From Candidatus Adlerbacteria bacterium (GTDB taxonomy: Bacteria > Patescibacteriota > Minisyncoccia > Phycocordibacterales > SBAW01), in assembly GCA_026397405.1 (NCBI GenBank), contig JAPLUW010000001.1, positions 407,064-471,063 of the forward strand: a stretch of DNA of 64,000 nucleotides, in the 5' to 3' direction. This document shows positions 47,208 to 56,372 of this stretch, piece by piece; position 1 is the first letter of the stretch, and each line of letters begins with the position of its first letter. Position numbers and translations under genes: made by a program. The notes below the pieces were generated by a model. That model was not told the origin of the DNA and ran no database searches. It was given only the letters and a program-made list of their open reading frames with translations.

Positions 47208-47391
47208 AAACAATAAACCCCTGCTCCAAAAGAGCTTGTGAAATAGAGATTTTAGGAGTTTTTTACTACACCAGCAGGGAGAAGTACGACAAAATCATAC
47301 TGAGGATAACGATGCCGCCAAGGACACCGGACCAGATCTGCATATTGCGCTTCCTATTTTTTCCAAACATATAACTGCTAGAATAGCATAT

Positions 47392-47784
47392 ATGCGTGAG
47401 TTCAAAAAGCGCCGGAGCAGCAGGGGCGAAGTGCTCTATTTTTGCTACCGTCTTGGCGGCACCCTGGTGTTGTTACTTATAACCCTAGTGGCTGTGCGTG
47501 CGGCGTGGGGCATGTATGGGAGGCTCGGGAGCGCCTCGGCAGGCCAACAAGAGGCAGAGGCGCAACTGCAGGCGCTCCAGGCCCAGCAACGGCAGATTAC
47601 GGCATCTGTGGGGGAGTTGTATTCTGACCGTGGGGTCGAGGCGTTGATGCGCGAACATTTTGGCGTTGTCCGGCCGGGCGAGGGGGTTGTGCAAATAGTC
47701 CACGAAACAGCTACAACAACCACACGTGACACCGCGTCTAAGGGTTGGTTTGAACGGCTATTTCACACCCTATTTTCGTGGTAG
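47392..47784 (+). CDS. FtsB/DivIC-like septum formation initiator
   Basis: N-terminal TM, Q/A-rich coiled coil, then a conserved VVRPGEGV-type C-terminus. Confidence 0.6.
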   Translation: MREFKKRRSSRGEVLYFCYRLGGTLVLLLITLVAVRAAWGMYGRLGSASAGQQEAEAQLQALQAQQRQITASVGELYSDRGVEALMREHFGVVRPGEGVVQIVHETATTTTRDTASKGWFERLFHTLFSW

Positions 47785-47812
47785 AATTTTTGCGATTTAG
47801 AGGGTGATATTT

Positions 47813-47883
47813 GCGAGTGTAGTTTAGTGGCAGAACTGGTGCTTCCCAAGCATCGGGCGGGAGTTCGATTCTCCCCACTCGCA
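47813..47883 (+). tRNA. tRNA-Gly (anticodon CCC)
   Basis: Manual fold: acceptor GCGAGTG/CACTCGC, anticodon loop TTCCCAA, T-loop TTCGATT. Confidence 0.8.
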
Positions 47884-47927
47884 CAGAAAATGATATAATG
47901 GCCCTCTAGCTACTAAATTATATTTGT

Positions 47928-48170
47928 ATGCAAAATACTGTCACTATTTACACCACGCCAACCTGCCATTTTTGCAAATTAGCAAAAGAGTTTTTTGCTG
48001 AAAAGAATGTTCAGTACACCGCCTACGATGTTTCGGCAGACGCAGCTAAGCGCGAAGAAATGATACAGATGACAGGACAGCTTGGTGTCCCAGTTATCGA
48101 CATTAACGGTGACCTTATGGTCGGCTTTGACCGCGAAAAAATTGCCGCAAAGCTCGGGATCGAAGCGTAG
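47928..48170 (+). CDS. glutaredoxin-like protein (NrdH/Grx family)
   Basis: CHFC active site. 80 aa. GVPVI motif. Confidence 0.85.
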   Translation: MQNTVTIYTTPTCHFCKLAKEFFAEKNVQYTAYDVSADAAKREEMIQMTGQLGVPVIDINGDLMVGFDREKIAAKLGIEA

Positions 48171-48227
48171 CAAAAAAATAAAATATATCGCATACTCAAA
48201 CTGGCCCTGAAGGCCAGTTTTGTATTA

Positions 48228-48299
48228 GCCCCCGTAGTTCAATGGATAGAACAGCCCCGTCCTAAGGGGTAGATGCTGGTTCGATTCCGGCCAGGGGCA
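48228..48299 (+). tRNA. tRNA-Arg (anticodon CCU)
   Basis: Manual fold: acceptor GCCCCCG/CAGGGGC (one C-A mismatch), anticodon loop GTCCTAA, T-loop TTCGATT. Confidence 0.7.
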
Positions 48300-48358
48300 C
48301 AAAATATCTGCGATTGTGTGGTCTTCCTGAATAACTTTAAATCTGGTATATTCATGGT

Positions 48359-48640
48359 GTGGACGAGGACATTGAAGAGCTTAAAGAACTTGTAAAAAAG
48401 AACCTCCAAATGACGGAGGATACACACCGTATAGTACGGGGCATGCGCAGCAGTGCACGGTGGGGAAGATTCTTTTCTATAGTGTGGTGGCTTGTAGTGC
48501 TTGCAGTGTCGGGCGCTACGTACTATATCTATGTCCAGCCGTATGTGCAGCAGGTAGAAAACGCATATACAAACGGGAAAAATTTTGAAACACAGGTACA
48601 AGATTTCTTTAAAAACTTCGGTCAAAAGTTCACACAGTAG
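48359..48640 (+). CDS. hypothetical small membrane protein
   Basis: GTG start. Acidic N-terminus and one TM helix. Sits between tRNA genes. Confidence 0.45.
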   Translation: MDEDIEELKELVKKNLQMTEDTHRIVRGMRSSARWGRFFSIVWWLVVLAVSGATYYIYVQPYVQQVENAYTNGKNFETQVQDFFKNFGQKFTQ

Positions 48641-48645
48641 GTAAT

Positions 48646-48718
48646 GCCTGGGTAGCTCAGTTGGTAGAGCATTTCCCTGAAGAGGAAGGGGTCGCCGGTT
48701 CGATCCCGGCCCCAGGCA
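48646..48718 (+). tRNA. tRNA-Phe (anticodon GAA)
   Basis: Acceptor GCCTGGG/CCCAGGC, D-loop AGTTGGTA, anticodon loop CTGAAGA, T-loop TTCGATC. Confidence 0.9.
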
Positions 48719-48866
48719 CAGACAAGGTAAAAAATCTGCCCAGTGGCAGTTTTTTTGCTTGGATGTGAGGCGGAGCGATGTTTTGCATTTGCAAAACCGT
48801 GAGCCAGGGTCGAGAGCGAATTTTCTGACGAGAAAATTTGACTCGTGACCCAAATAACTCGCAAAC

Positions 48867-49364
48867 CTAATTCGACTTAATTTTGAGTTTTGCTTGGCGG
48901 CCCTTGTCGAGTTTTGGCAGGCGGATAGTTAGAAGCCCGTGTTTTTCGCTTGCCTCAGCTTCTTCAATTTCTATTTCTTGCGGCAGTACTATTGTGCGTG
49001 AAAATGCTCCCCAGTACAGCTCAGAGAAGAAAAAGTCGCCTGCAGTGCCTTCGGTATGTCTCTCGCGTTTACCGCGGAGTGTAACCATGTCGCGAGTAAT
49101 TGAGACATCTAAGTCCTCTGGTCGGACACCGGCTATCATAGCTTTGATTATTATGTGCGTGGGAGTTTGATACACGTCGACGGCAAGTTCGCCTTCGGCA
49201 GGTTCTTCTTCAGCGATAACGTTTACCTGATGCTGTGCGGAGCTTGGCATTTTGGATGGATATCCTCCTGTACCCCCGCTTTCGAGATCTTCAAACGAAT
49301 AGTCGCTTTCGGCTGCCGAGCCACCGGTGAGCCATTCAAATAAAGATCGTTTTTCTTTTGCCAT
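48867..49364 (-). CDS. Hsp20/alpha-crystallin family small heat-shock protein
   Basis: Alpha-crystallin domain (...VYQTPTHIIIKAMIAGVRPEDLDVSITRDMVTLRGKR...LLTIRLPK). Confidence 0.88.
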   Translation of the reverse strand: MAKEKRSLFEWLTGGSAAESDYSFEDLESGGTGGYPSKMPSSAQHQVNVIAEEEPAEGELAVDVYQTPTHIIIKAMIAGVRPEDLDVSITRDMVTLRGKRERHTEGTAGDFFFSELYWGAFSRTIVLPQEIEIEEAEASEKHGLLTIRLPKLDKGRQAKLKIKSN

Positions 49365-49393
49365 AATCTAATGAGTGAGAAGTAAAATATTTT

Positions 49394-50080
49394 TTAGCAG
49401 TAGTCTTTTGTGGGTTGTTTTACCCGCTCTATCATCAGCAGCGCTGCGATAATACCAAACCAAATACAAAGGAAAATCCAGAATGTTGCACTGCTTCCTT
49501 GTTGAAGTATAAAAAAATTAAACAGTGTGTGCAAGGTAATGGCGAGGACAACTCCAACAAGCGCAAACATTCGTCGCACATCAACCTCTTTATGGAACGA
49601 CCACGCGAGCGCAAGACCTATTGTGGCCGACGCAAGTGTATGCAAAAGTGTTGCTCCCATAAAACGCAGGTCGCCTGTCACAATGGTACGCAGCAAGTCG
49701 CCTTGCTGAAGAGGAGTCCACAAAAATAATGCGTTTTCCAGTGCGGAAAACCCAAGTGCTGCAGTGACCAGGTATATAACTGCATCGAGTGGCTCATCAA
49801 ATACGCGGAAGCGAAGGGCTGCAAAATATGCCGCTGCAAACTTAAGCAATTCTTCACATATGGCCCAGCAAAACAGCAGTGCTCCGCCCGAAAGGTAGCC
49901 CGCCGCCGCACGTTCGAGAGGCAGTGCCACAAGTACGGCAACCATACCCGCAAGAAAGGTAAAAAATATATAGCGTTTTGGCTCCGGCTCGCAGCGGTCT
50001 TCGAGTAGCCAAAAAAACAACCAGACGAGCGCCGGCAACATCCCACCTAAAAATGCAAGAAGCAATATACCTGCGTTCAT
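49394..50080 (-). CDS. PrsW-like intramembrane metalloprotease (CPBP/PrsW family)
   Basis: Multi-TM. Motifs CEELLKF (EExxK), GFSALENALF, HTLASA / HTLFN. Confidence 0.65.
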   Translation of the reverse strand: MNAGILLLAFLGGMLPALVWLFFWLLEDRCEPEPKRYIFFTFLAGMVAVLVALPLERAAAGYLSGGALLFCWAICEELLKFAAAYFAALRFRVFDEPLDAVIYLVTAALGFSALENALFLWTPLQQGDLLRTIVTGDLRFMGATLLHTLASATIGLALAWSFHKEVDVRRMFALVGVVLAITLHTLFNFFILQQGSSATFWIFLCIWFGIIAALLMIERVKQPTKDYC

Positions 50081-50130
50081 TACTTGCTAGTATATCACTG
50101 AGATTTATTTAGTTGGCCCTCGGCCGTAGC

Positions 50131-52194
50131 CTATGGGCGAGGCCACTGTTCAACTATCAATAAATTTTTTACTCCAGGCATGTCCTGCCAAATTTCTTCT
50201 GTCACAAACGGCATAAACGGGTGGAGGAGTTTGAGTGAACCTTCCAATAGGTAGTAGAGAGTCGCGTTATATTCGGGTTTGCCTTTGCTTTCTTCCAAGA
50301 TCTGCGACGCAAAACGGTCCCACACATAGTGGTACAGCTTTTCTGCGGCCATATACACCCGGTATTCTGCAATATCTTTTGTGACATCTGCGGCCATAGC
50401 ATCAAATTCCTCTTTTAGTTCTGTTTTTATTTCACCACTGTTTTCTTGCGAAAGTACAAAGCGGGTAATGTTCCAGAGTTTGTTTGCAAATTTTTTGTAT
50501 GCGCCAATTTTTTGTGGGTCGAGGTTTAAGTCGGTTCCTGGCGTGTTGCCGACAATAAGCCCCATACGTAGTGCGTCGGTGCCGTATTCGTCCGAAACTT
50601 GAAGTGGCGAAATAACATTCCCTTTGCTTTTACTCATTTTTGCGCCTTTAGCGTCGCGCACCATTCCATGGAGGTACACAGTTTTAAACGGCACATCGCC
50701 GGCACGGTAGAGTCCGAGCATTATCATCCGGGCTATCCAAAAAAAGATAAGATCCGAACCACTCTCCATTACAGATGTTGGATAAAAAGTTTTGAAGTCG
50801 CTGGAGTCGGGATAGCCGAGTGTTGCAAATGGCCACTGGCCGGAAGAAAACCATGTATCAAAGGTGTCCGGGTCACGTGCCCAGCCTTCGCCCGGAGAGT
50901 CTTCGCAAATCTTCCATTCGTCTCCTTTACTCCATGCAGGTATCGGAATGCCCCAGACAATTTGGCGGGAAATATTCCAGTCTTGAATGTTTTCGAGCCA
51001 ATGGAGGAGAATTTTCTCATGGGCTTGGGTAACAATTTTTACATCCCCGTTTTTAACTGCGGCAATCGCTTTTTCTGCAAGGGGCTGCATCTTAACAAAC
51101 CACTGTGCTTTAACTTGTGGTTCGATCTCGCGACCGCACTTGTAGCACACAGGGACTTCGTGGGTGTACGTTTCGTCAATTTTTGTTACTAACCCTTTTG
51201 ACTGGAGTTTTTCGACAATTTTTTCGCGCGCTTCTTTTATATTCATCCCTGCAAACTCGCCAGCAATAGGGAGCAGCTTTCCGCGCCAATCGATTACTTG
51301 CTCGTAGGGGAGGTTGTGGCGCTGTGCAATGTCGAAGTCGGCTTGGTCGTGCCACGGGGTAATGGTCATGACGCCAGTACCCAGCTCCATGTCTATGTGC
51401 GCGTCTTTGACAACTGTTGCAGTAATGGGGCCGTTGATCCACTCCAATTCAAACTGCTGGCCTTGTGTGTACTGCGCGTAGCGCGGGTCATCTGGGTGCA
51501 TCACCACGTACTTGTCGCCAAATTTTGTTTCTGGCCGTGCGGTGGCTATAACAAACGGCCCGTATTGTAAATAATAAAATTTGTCAGTGCGTGTCTCGCG
51601 GTCGGTTTCCAAGTTGGAAAGAGATGTCTGATGTTTGGGGCACCAGTTTACAATGCGTGAACCGCGGTACAGAAGCCCGTCGTCGTTTAATTTTTTAAAT
51701 GTGTCGTATACAGTTTTGATTACTTTTTCATCAAGCGTAAACATCTCGCGTGACCAGTCACACGATGCACCGAGTTGGCGGATCTGTCCTTCCATAAACG
51801 ACTTGTTGGACAGGGTAAAGTCCATGATTTCTTTATAGAGCTGTTCGGGCTCCATGCCAAAACGCGAACGCCCTTCTTTTTCTAGCTGGCGTTCATACAC
51901 TACCTGTGTTTCAAAACCAGCGTGGTCGGCGCCAGGTAACCACAAAGCTTTTTTGCCCCGCATACGCGCGAAGCGGGTCATAATGTCTTGTAGAGTTACA
52001 AAGAGCGCATGCCCGGCATGGAGCGAGCCGTTCGCATTTGGTGGCGGCATAATTATCGTAAACGGCTCGGTGCGTTCTCCCGGCAAGTTGTCGGGGTTAA
52101 AAAAGCCGCTGTCTTCCCACTTTTTATATATAGCAGGCTCGACAGTTTTTGGATCGTAGGGTTTTAGGAATTTTTCCGGAATGTGTTCTTCCAT
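50131..52194 (-). CDS. valS: valine--tRNA ligase (short form lacking C-terminal coiled-coil)
   Basis: HIGH region PPPNANGSLHAGHA (ValRS-type). KMSKS present. 687 aa. Confidence 0.85.
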   Translation of the reverse strand: MEEHIPEKFLKPYDPKTVEPAIYKKWEDSGFFNPDNLPGERTEPFTIIMPPPNANGSLHAGHALFVTLQDIMTRFARMRGKKALWLPGADHAGFETQVVYERQLEKEGRSRFGMEPEQLYKEIMDFTLSNKSFMEGQIRQLGASCDWSREMFTLDEKVIKTVYDTFKKLNDDGLLYRGSRIVNWCPKHQTSLSNLETDRETRTDKFYYLQYGPFVIATARPETKFGDKYVVMHPDDPRYAQYTQGQQFELEWINGPITATVVKDAHIDMELGTGVMTITPWHDQADFDIAQRHNLPYEQVIDWRGKLLPIAGEFAGMNIKEAREKIVEKLQSKGLVTKIDETYTHEVPVCYKCGREIEPQVKAQWFVKMQPLAEKAIAAVKNGDVKIVTQAHEKILLHWLENIQDWNISRQIVWGIPIPAWSKGDEWKICEDSPGEGWARDPDTFDTWFSSGQWPFATLGYPDSSDFKTFYPTSVMESGSDLIFFWIARMIMLGLYRAGDVPFKTVYLHGMVRDAKGAKMSKSKGNVISPLQVSDEYGTDALRMGLIVGNTPGTDLNLDPQKIGAYKKFANKLWNITRFVLSQENSGEIKTELKEEFDAMAADVTKDIAEYRVYMAAEKLYHYVWDRFASQILEESKGKPEYNATLYYLLEGSLKLLHPFMPFVTEEIWQDMPGVKNLLIVEQWPRP

Positions 52195-52208
52195 AGGGCA
52201 ATTTTATG

Positions 52209-53279
52209 CTATTTGGCTGTTTGAAGCGAGAGGCTCCCTTTGGCTGCAATTGTTTCGGGTGGAGGGATAATTTCTGCCCCAGACAGCATACGGGCAAGTG
52301 CGGCCATGGCTATCATCACGGCGTTGTCGCCGGTTATGTCGAGTGCAGGGAGACGGAACTCGACGTTAGGAAATTCTGCTTCAATGCGTGCCCCAAGAGT
52401 GCGACGCAGATGTTTACTTGCCGCAACTCCGCCGCCTATGACAAATGTTTTGGAGTCTGTCTGTTCCAGTGCGCGTCGTGTTTTTGCAATAAGCACGTCG
52501 GACACGGCATCTTCAAACTCGCGGGCAAAGGCTGTTATGTGGTCACTGGAGAGTGTGTGCATGCCTCCCAAGTCACGCAGCGCATACAACACCGCAGTCT
52601 TTAACCCTGAAAAAGAAAAGTCGCACGTAGGTTCGTGCAGCATGGGGCGGGGAAGTTTAATGTCGGAGGTTATATTATTTTGCCGTGCATATTCTGCAAG
52701 TTTGGAAATTTCTGGGCCGCCGGGGTAGGAGAGCCCGAGCATGCGTGCGACTTTGTCGAACGCTTCGCCCACGGCGTCGTCTTTGGTTTGGCCAACAAGT
52801 GTGTAGTCGAACCAGTCCTTCATTAATGCAAATTCTGTATGGCCACCCGAAATTAGTAGGCCAAGTACTGGCAGTGCAACATGTTCCAGCTTTCCGTTTT
52901 GCACCAATGAAGAAATTAAGTGCCCTTCCATATGGTTTATCGGCAACAGCGGTAGGCCCCACTCTGCTGCAAGTTTTTGCGCAAACGTTATCCCTGTCCA
53001 AAGTGCAGGTTCGAGCCCTGGCCCGTAGGTTACGGCGATTGCGTCCAGCGTTTGTTCGCCAGCTTGTTTCAGAGCTTGTTCAAGCATGGGCGGTAAGTTT
53101 TTTATGTGCTCGCGTTTTGCAAGGGCGGGGAATACGCCGCCATATTCTGCATGTAGCGCAGCTTGGGAAAGCAGTGCGTTTCCAAGTACGGTAAAAGAAA
53201 AAGACTCTCCATCTTTAGTGCCTTCAAGTATGGCAATGCCCGTCTCGTCGCAGCTTGTTTCTATAGCGAGGATTTTCAT
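52209..53279 (-). CDS. tsaD: tRNA N6-adenosine threonylcarbamoyltransferase TsaD
   Basis: MKILAIETSCDETGIAIL N-terminus. HMEGHL metal-binding motif. Start moved to internal ATG 53279. Confidence 0.9.
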   Translation of the reverse strand: MKILAIETSCDETGIAILEGTKDGESFSFTVLGNALLSQAALHAEYGGVFPALAKREHIKNLPPMLEQALKQAGEQTLDAIAVTYGPGLEPALWTGITFAQKLAAEWGLPLLPINHMEGHLISSLVQNGKLEHVALPVLGLLISGGHTEFALMKDWFDYTLVGQTKDDAVGEAFDKVARMLGLSYPGGPEISKLAEYARQNNITSDIKLPRPMLHEPTCDFSFSGLKTAVLYALRDLGGMHTLSSDHITAFAREFEDAVSDVLIAKTRRALEQTDSKTFVIGGGVAASKHLRRTLGARIEAEFPNVEFRLPALDITGDNAVMIAMAALARMLSGAEIIPPPETIAAKGSLSLQTAK

Positions 53280-53471
53280 AGATTGTTTTGTGGTCACAAA
53301 AGAGAACAGGATTCTGCCAAGAACATTTTTATTCGCCGTCGCTATTAAAAATTTCTCGGCCCTGCTCACACGACCCATTGCGCTCAATGGGTGCCCGCGC
53401 TCGCTTTCTCATCCTGTACACCGCAAAAACAGTAATCCCTAAAGGGCATGCCTTTAGTTCAACTGTTTTAG

Positions 53472-53544
53472 TGCGCGATACAGGATTCGAACCTGTGACC
53501 CTCCCCACGTCAAGGGGATGCTCTACCAACTGAGCTAACCGCGC
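53472..53544 (-). tRNA. tRNA-Val (anticodon GAC)
   Basis: Reverse complement folds: acceptor GCGCGGT/ATCGCGC, D-loop AGTTGGTA, anticodon loop TTGACGT, T-loop TTCGAAT. Confidence 0.85.
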
Positions 53545-53581
53545 GTAGCCCCAAAATAGCCTATTTTGGGGTGGAATTCAA

Positions 53582-54007
53582 TTACTTGGTTGGCATTGGG
53601 GCTGGCTGCAAAATGCCAAAGATATTACCCTCCGTGTCTTTGTAGTAACGCAGTTGACCTATATTAGGCACATCCATTTTGTCAGTCTGTGGCTTGCCAC
53701 CAGCCGCTTCTATTCTTTCCATGTACATGTCGATATTGTCGACGCCAATAATGCAGGTGTATGCATTTGGGCACGCGCCGTCTGCGGGTGCTGTGCCATT
53801 GCGTTTCATTAGGTCACCGTTAATGCCAACATCTTCCATCTTTACCCCTTTTGCCATCTCGTCGGGCCCAGGGCCAGTAGAAATAACACGGTAGCCGCCA
53901 TATTCTTCGCCCATAACTTTAAATGTCCAGCCAAACACTGCTTCGTAAAACTTCTGCGCGCGGTCCATGTCGTCTGCTTGGATTTCGAAATGTACTACTC
54001 GGTTCAT
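53582..54007 (-). CDS. VOC family protein (glyoxalase/bleomycin-resistance fold)
   Basis: VVHFEIQADDMDRAQKFYEAVFGWTF N-terminus typical of the VOC superfamily. Confidence 0.8.
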   Translation of the reverse strand: MNRVVHFEIQADDMDRAQKFYEAVFGWTFKVMGEEYGGYRVISTGPGPDEMAKGVKMEDVGINGDLMKRNGTAPADGACPNAYTCIIGVDNIDMYMERIEAAGGKPQTDKMDVPNIGQLRYYKDTEGNIFGILQPAPMPTK

Positions 54008-54053
54008 AATTTATATATGTGAGCGGATAAGATTCCCTGAACATCTAGTATAC

Positions 54054-54437
54054 CTAATCGGCGGTGACAGATTTAAATGTTTCTACGTGTGCATTGAATC
54101 CTTCGTCGTCTAAAATTTCTACGTCTCGCAACACAGGAAGGAAAGCTTTTTTAATTTCTTTCAGTTCCGACTCACTAGTCTCTATAAAAAACTTCGTTTC
54201 AACAGGCACGTCGAGCCGCCAGACACGAATGCAGCCCTGGAGATTGCCTGTTCCAACGAAGACGTCGAGCTCGGCACCGTCTTCCCCCGTGTAGCCTTGT
54301 ATATATCCGTAATCAACAGGGTAGGTTACGCCTTGCAGTGGATACGATGACCAGACGGGGTCGTTCTCAATTCCAAAAGATTTATATGAACCTTTTTGAT
54401 TTTCTATACTGATTTTAAAATCTGAAGCGCTAATCAT
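54054..54437 (-). CDS. inorganic pyrophosphatase family protein (short)
   Basis: YPVDYGYIQGYTGEDGAELDVFV resembles family I PPase YPxNYGFIPxTLxEDGDPLDVLV. Confidence 0.6.
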   Translation of the reverse strand: MISASDFKISIENQKGSYKSFGIENDPVWSSYPLQGVTYPVDYGYIQGYTGEDGAELDVFVGTGNLQGCIRVWRLDVPVETKFFIETSESELKEIKKAFLPVLRDVEILDDEGFNAHVETFKSVTAD

Positions 54438-54452
54438 ATTTTATTTATTGTG

Positions 54453-54539
54453 CGGAGAGGGAGGGATTTGAACCCTCGATCCAGTTTCCCAGATGCCGGT
54501 TTTCGAAACCGGTGCCTTCGACCACTCAGCCACCTCTCC
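54453..54539 (-). tRNA. tRNA-Ser (anticodon CGA)
   Basis: Reverse complement: acceptor GGAGAGG/CCTCTCC, anticodon loop TTCGAAA, long variable arm, T-loop TTCAAAT, G73. Confidence 0.85.
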
Positions 54540-54567
54540 TTGGAACAACGCCCACTATAACAAAAAC

Positions 54568-55203
54568 TTACCCAAAAATCTCCTGTATTTTTTCTGCCGA
54601 AACTGCACCTTCGCGGAGAATTTTTGGCTCGCTCGACGTAAGGTCTACTACAGTTGAGGGGAGCGACGGTGGAAGAACGCCTGCGTCAATAACCAAATCA
54701 ATTATCTCCGCTTCAAGCCCTAACTGTTCCAATATTTTTTCTACAGAATGTTCCGGTTCCAGTCCGCTTTTGTTGGCGCTGGTTGCTGTAATTGGTCGGC
54801 CATATTGTTTTGTCAGTTCCAAACAAAATGTATTGTCGGGAACTCGTGCCCCGAATGTTTCAATGTCTCGGAGTGTGCCGGTATCGAATCCAAGTTTTTT
54901 CTTGAAGATGAATGTAGTAGGACCAGGTATGAGTGACCGAACTCCTTTCTCTAATAAAGGATCTATTTCTGCGTAATGTTTGAGTGTTTCAAAACTATCA
55001 ACCAATGCACGGATAAATTTACCTTCCTTCCGGTTCTTTACCGCATATATCTTGTCTACAGCTTCGTCAGACAAGGCATCCGCCCCCAACCCATATATCG
55101 TGTCGGTTGGGTAGAGAATTACGCCGCCGTTTTTGAGCACCTCGGCTGTCTTTTGTGCAGCTGCAGCAATATCTGCAGGGGTTGTAATACGCACTATATC
55201 CAT
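54568..55203 (-). CDS. tsaC: L-threonylcarbamoyladenylate synthase (TsaC/YrdC/Sua5 family)
   Basis: YrdC fold motifs: ILYPTDTIYGLGADA, KNRKEGKFIRALV, YGRPITATSANKSG. Confidence 0.88.
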   Translation of the reverse strand: MDIVRITTPADIAAAAQKTAEVLKNGGVILYPTDTIYGLGADALSDEAVDKIYAVKNRKEGKFIRALVDSFETLKHYAEIDPLLEKGVRSLIPGPTTFIFKKKLGFDTGTLRDIETFGARVPDNTFCLELTKQYGRPITATSANKSGLEPEHSVEKILEQLGLEAEIIDLVIDAGVLPPSLPSTVVDLTSSEPKILREGAVSAEKIQEIFG

Positions 55204-55215
55204 ATACCTAAATCA

Positions 55216-55287
55216 TGACCCTACGGGGAATCGAACCCCGATTTAAAGCTTGAAAAGCTTCCGTCCTAACCGTTAGACGATAGGGCC
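55216..55287 (-). tRNA. tRNA-Glu (anticodon UUC)
   Basis: Reverse complement: acceptor GGCCCTA/TAGGGTC, anticodon loop TTTTCAA, T-loop TTCGATT. Confidence 0.8.
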
Positions 55288-55345
55288 TCACAGACGCGCC
55301 AATAGTATCGTTTTTTTGTCAAAAACGCAAAAATCTCTGAACAGG

Positions 55346-56269
55346 CTAGTTAGCCTTTACGTAAAAATAGATATCCTCGAGGGCCTTCACCGCGTCGCCG
55401 GCAGCGATGTTGTTTTGGTGGTACAAGCCGTCTGAGCAGTCGCCTGCAGACCAAATACCAAGCACCGACGAGCGCTGGCTCTTGCCGTCTACCTTAACGC
55501 GGCCCCATTCGTCCAAGGCGACCAAGTCTTTTACCAAGTCGGTTGCAGCGGTCATACCGATTTCAACAAAAATGCCGGTTGCAGCAAGTTCGGTAGTTTC
55601 ACCGGTCTGTGTATTTTTAACGACAACACTTTTTACAAATGAACCGCCTTTTACCTCTGCAGGTTCTGTGTTGGTGAGTGCCTTCATGTTTGGGTGCGCC
55701 AGTACTGCTTGTACTGTGGCAGCGTCGGCACGGCTAAATTCAGCACTACGGTGTATAAGCGTCACCGACTTGCAGTACGCAAGGAGTTGCGCGGCACTTT
55801 CAAACCCGGCATTACCGCCGCCAACAACAATAACGTCTTGTCCGCCAAACATCGGCCCGTCGCACGACGCGCAATAGGTGACACCTTTATTTTCAAATTC
55901 TGCAGCGCCGGGAATGTCGAGTTTACGGCGCGAACCGCCGGTTGCTATAAGCACTGCTTTTGCTTCGTAGGTTTGCGAACCTGTTTGTATAGAGAAACCA
56001 CCATCGATTTTTGTAACCTTGTTTGCACGAGTGCCGGTTTTGATTTCTACAAACGTACCTGCGTATGCTTTTAAGTGGCTTTCGAGCGCTTTTGCCAAGT
56101 CGAGGCCGGAAATTTTTTCGGTGCCTATCCAGTTTTGGATTTCGACCGAGTCGGTGCTTTGGCCTCCGATACTTTCGGCTATAAAAATAGTTTTTAACTG
56201 TTTGCGTGCTGCATACACTCCGGCAGCGACGCCCGCGGGGCCGCCTCCAATTATTGCCAAGTCATACAT
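55346..56269 (-). CDS. trxB: thioredoxin-disulfide reductase
   Basis: FAD Rossmann AIIGGGPAG. Redox CASCDG. NAD(P) GGGNAGFE. Start at internal Met 56269. Confidence 0.9.
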   Translation of the reverse strand: MYDLAIIGGGPAGVAAGVYAARKQLKTIFIAESIGGQSTDSVEIQNWIGTEKISGLDLAKALESHLKAYAGTFVEIKTGTRANKVTKIDGGFSIQTGSQTYEAKAVLIATGGSRRKLDIPGAAEFENKGVTYCASCDGPMFGGQDVIVVGGGNAGFESAAQLLAYCKSVTLIHRSAEFSRADAATVQAVLAHPNMKALTNTEPAEVKGGSFVKSVVVKNTQTGETTELAATGIFVEIGMTAATDLVKDLVALDEWGRVKVDGKSQRSSVLGIWSAGDCSDGLYHQNNIAAGDAVKALEDIYFYVKAN

Positions 56270-56372
56270 AAAAAAGAGTTTAACATGTCTCCACAAAAGA
56301 AGCCCATAAAAGAGTGCGCTCCGGGCCGCTAGGCCAAGTCTAACCCTCTTTTACAGGCTCTTTTGTTTCGCA

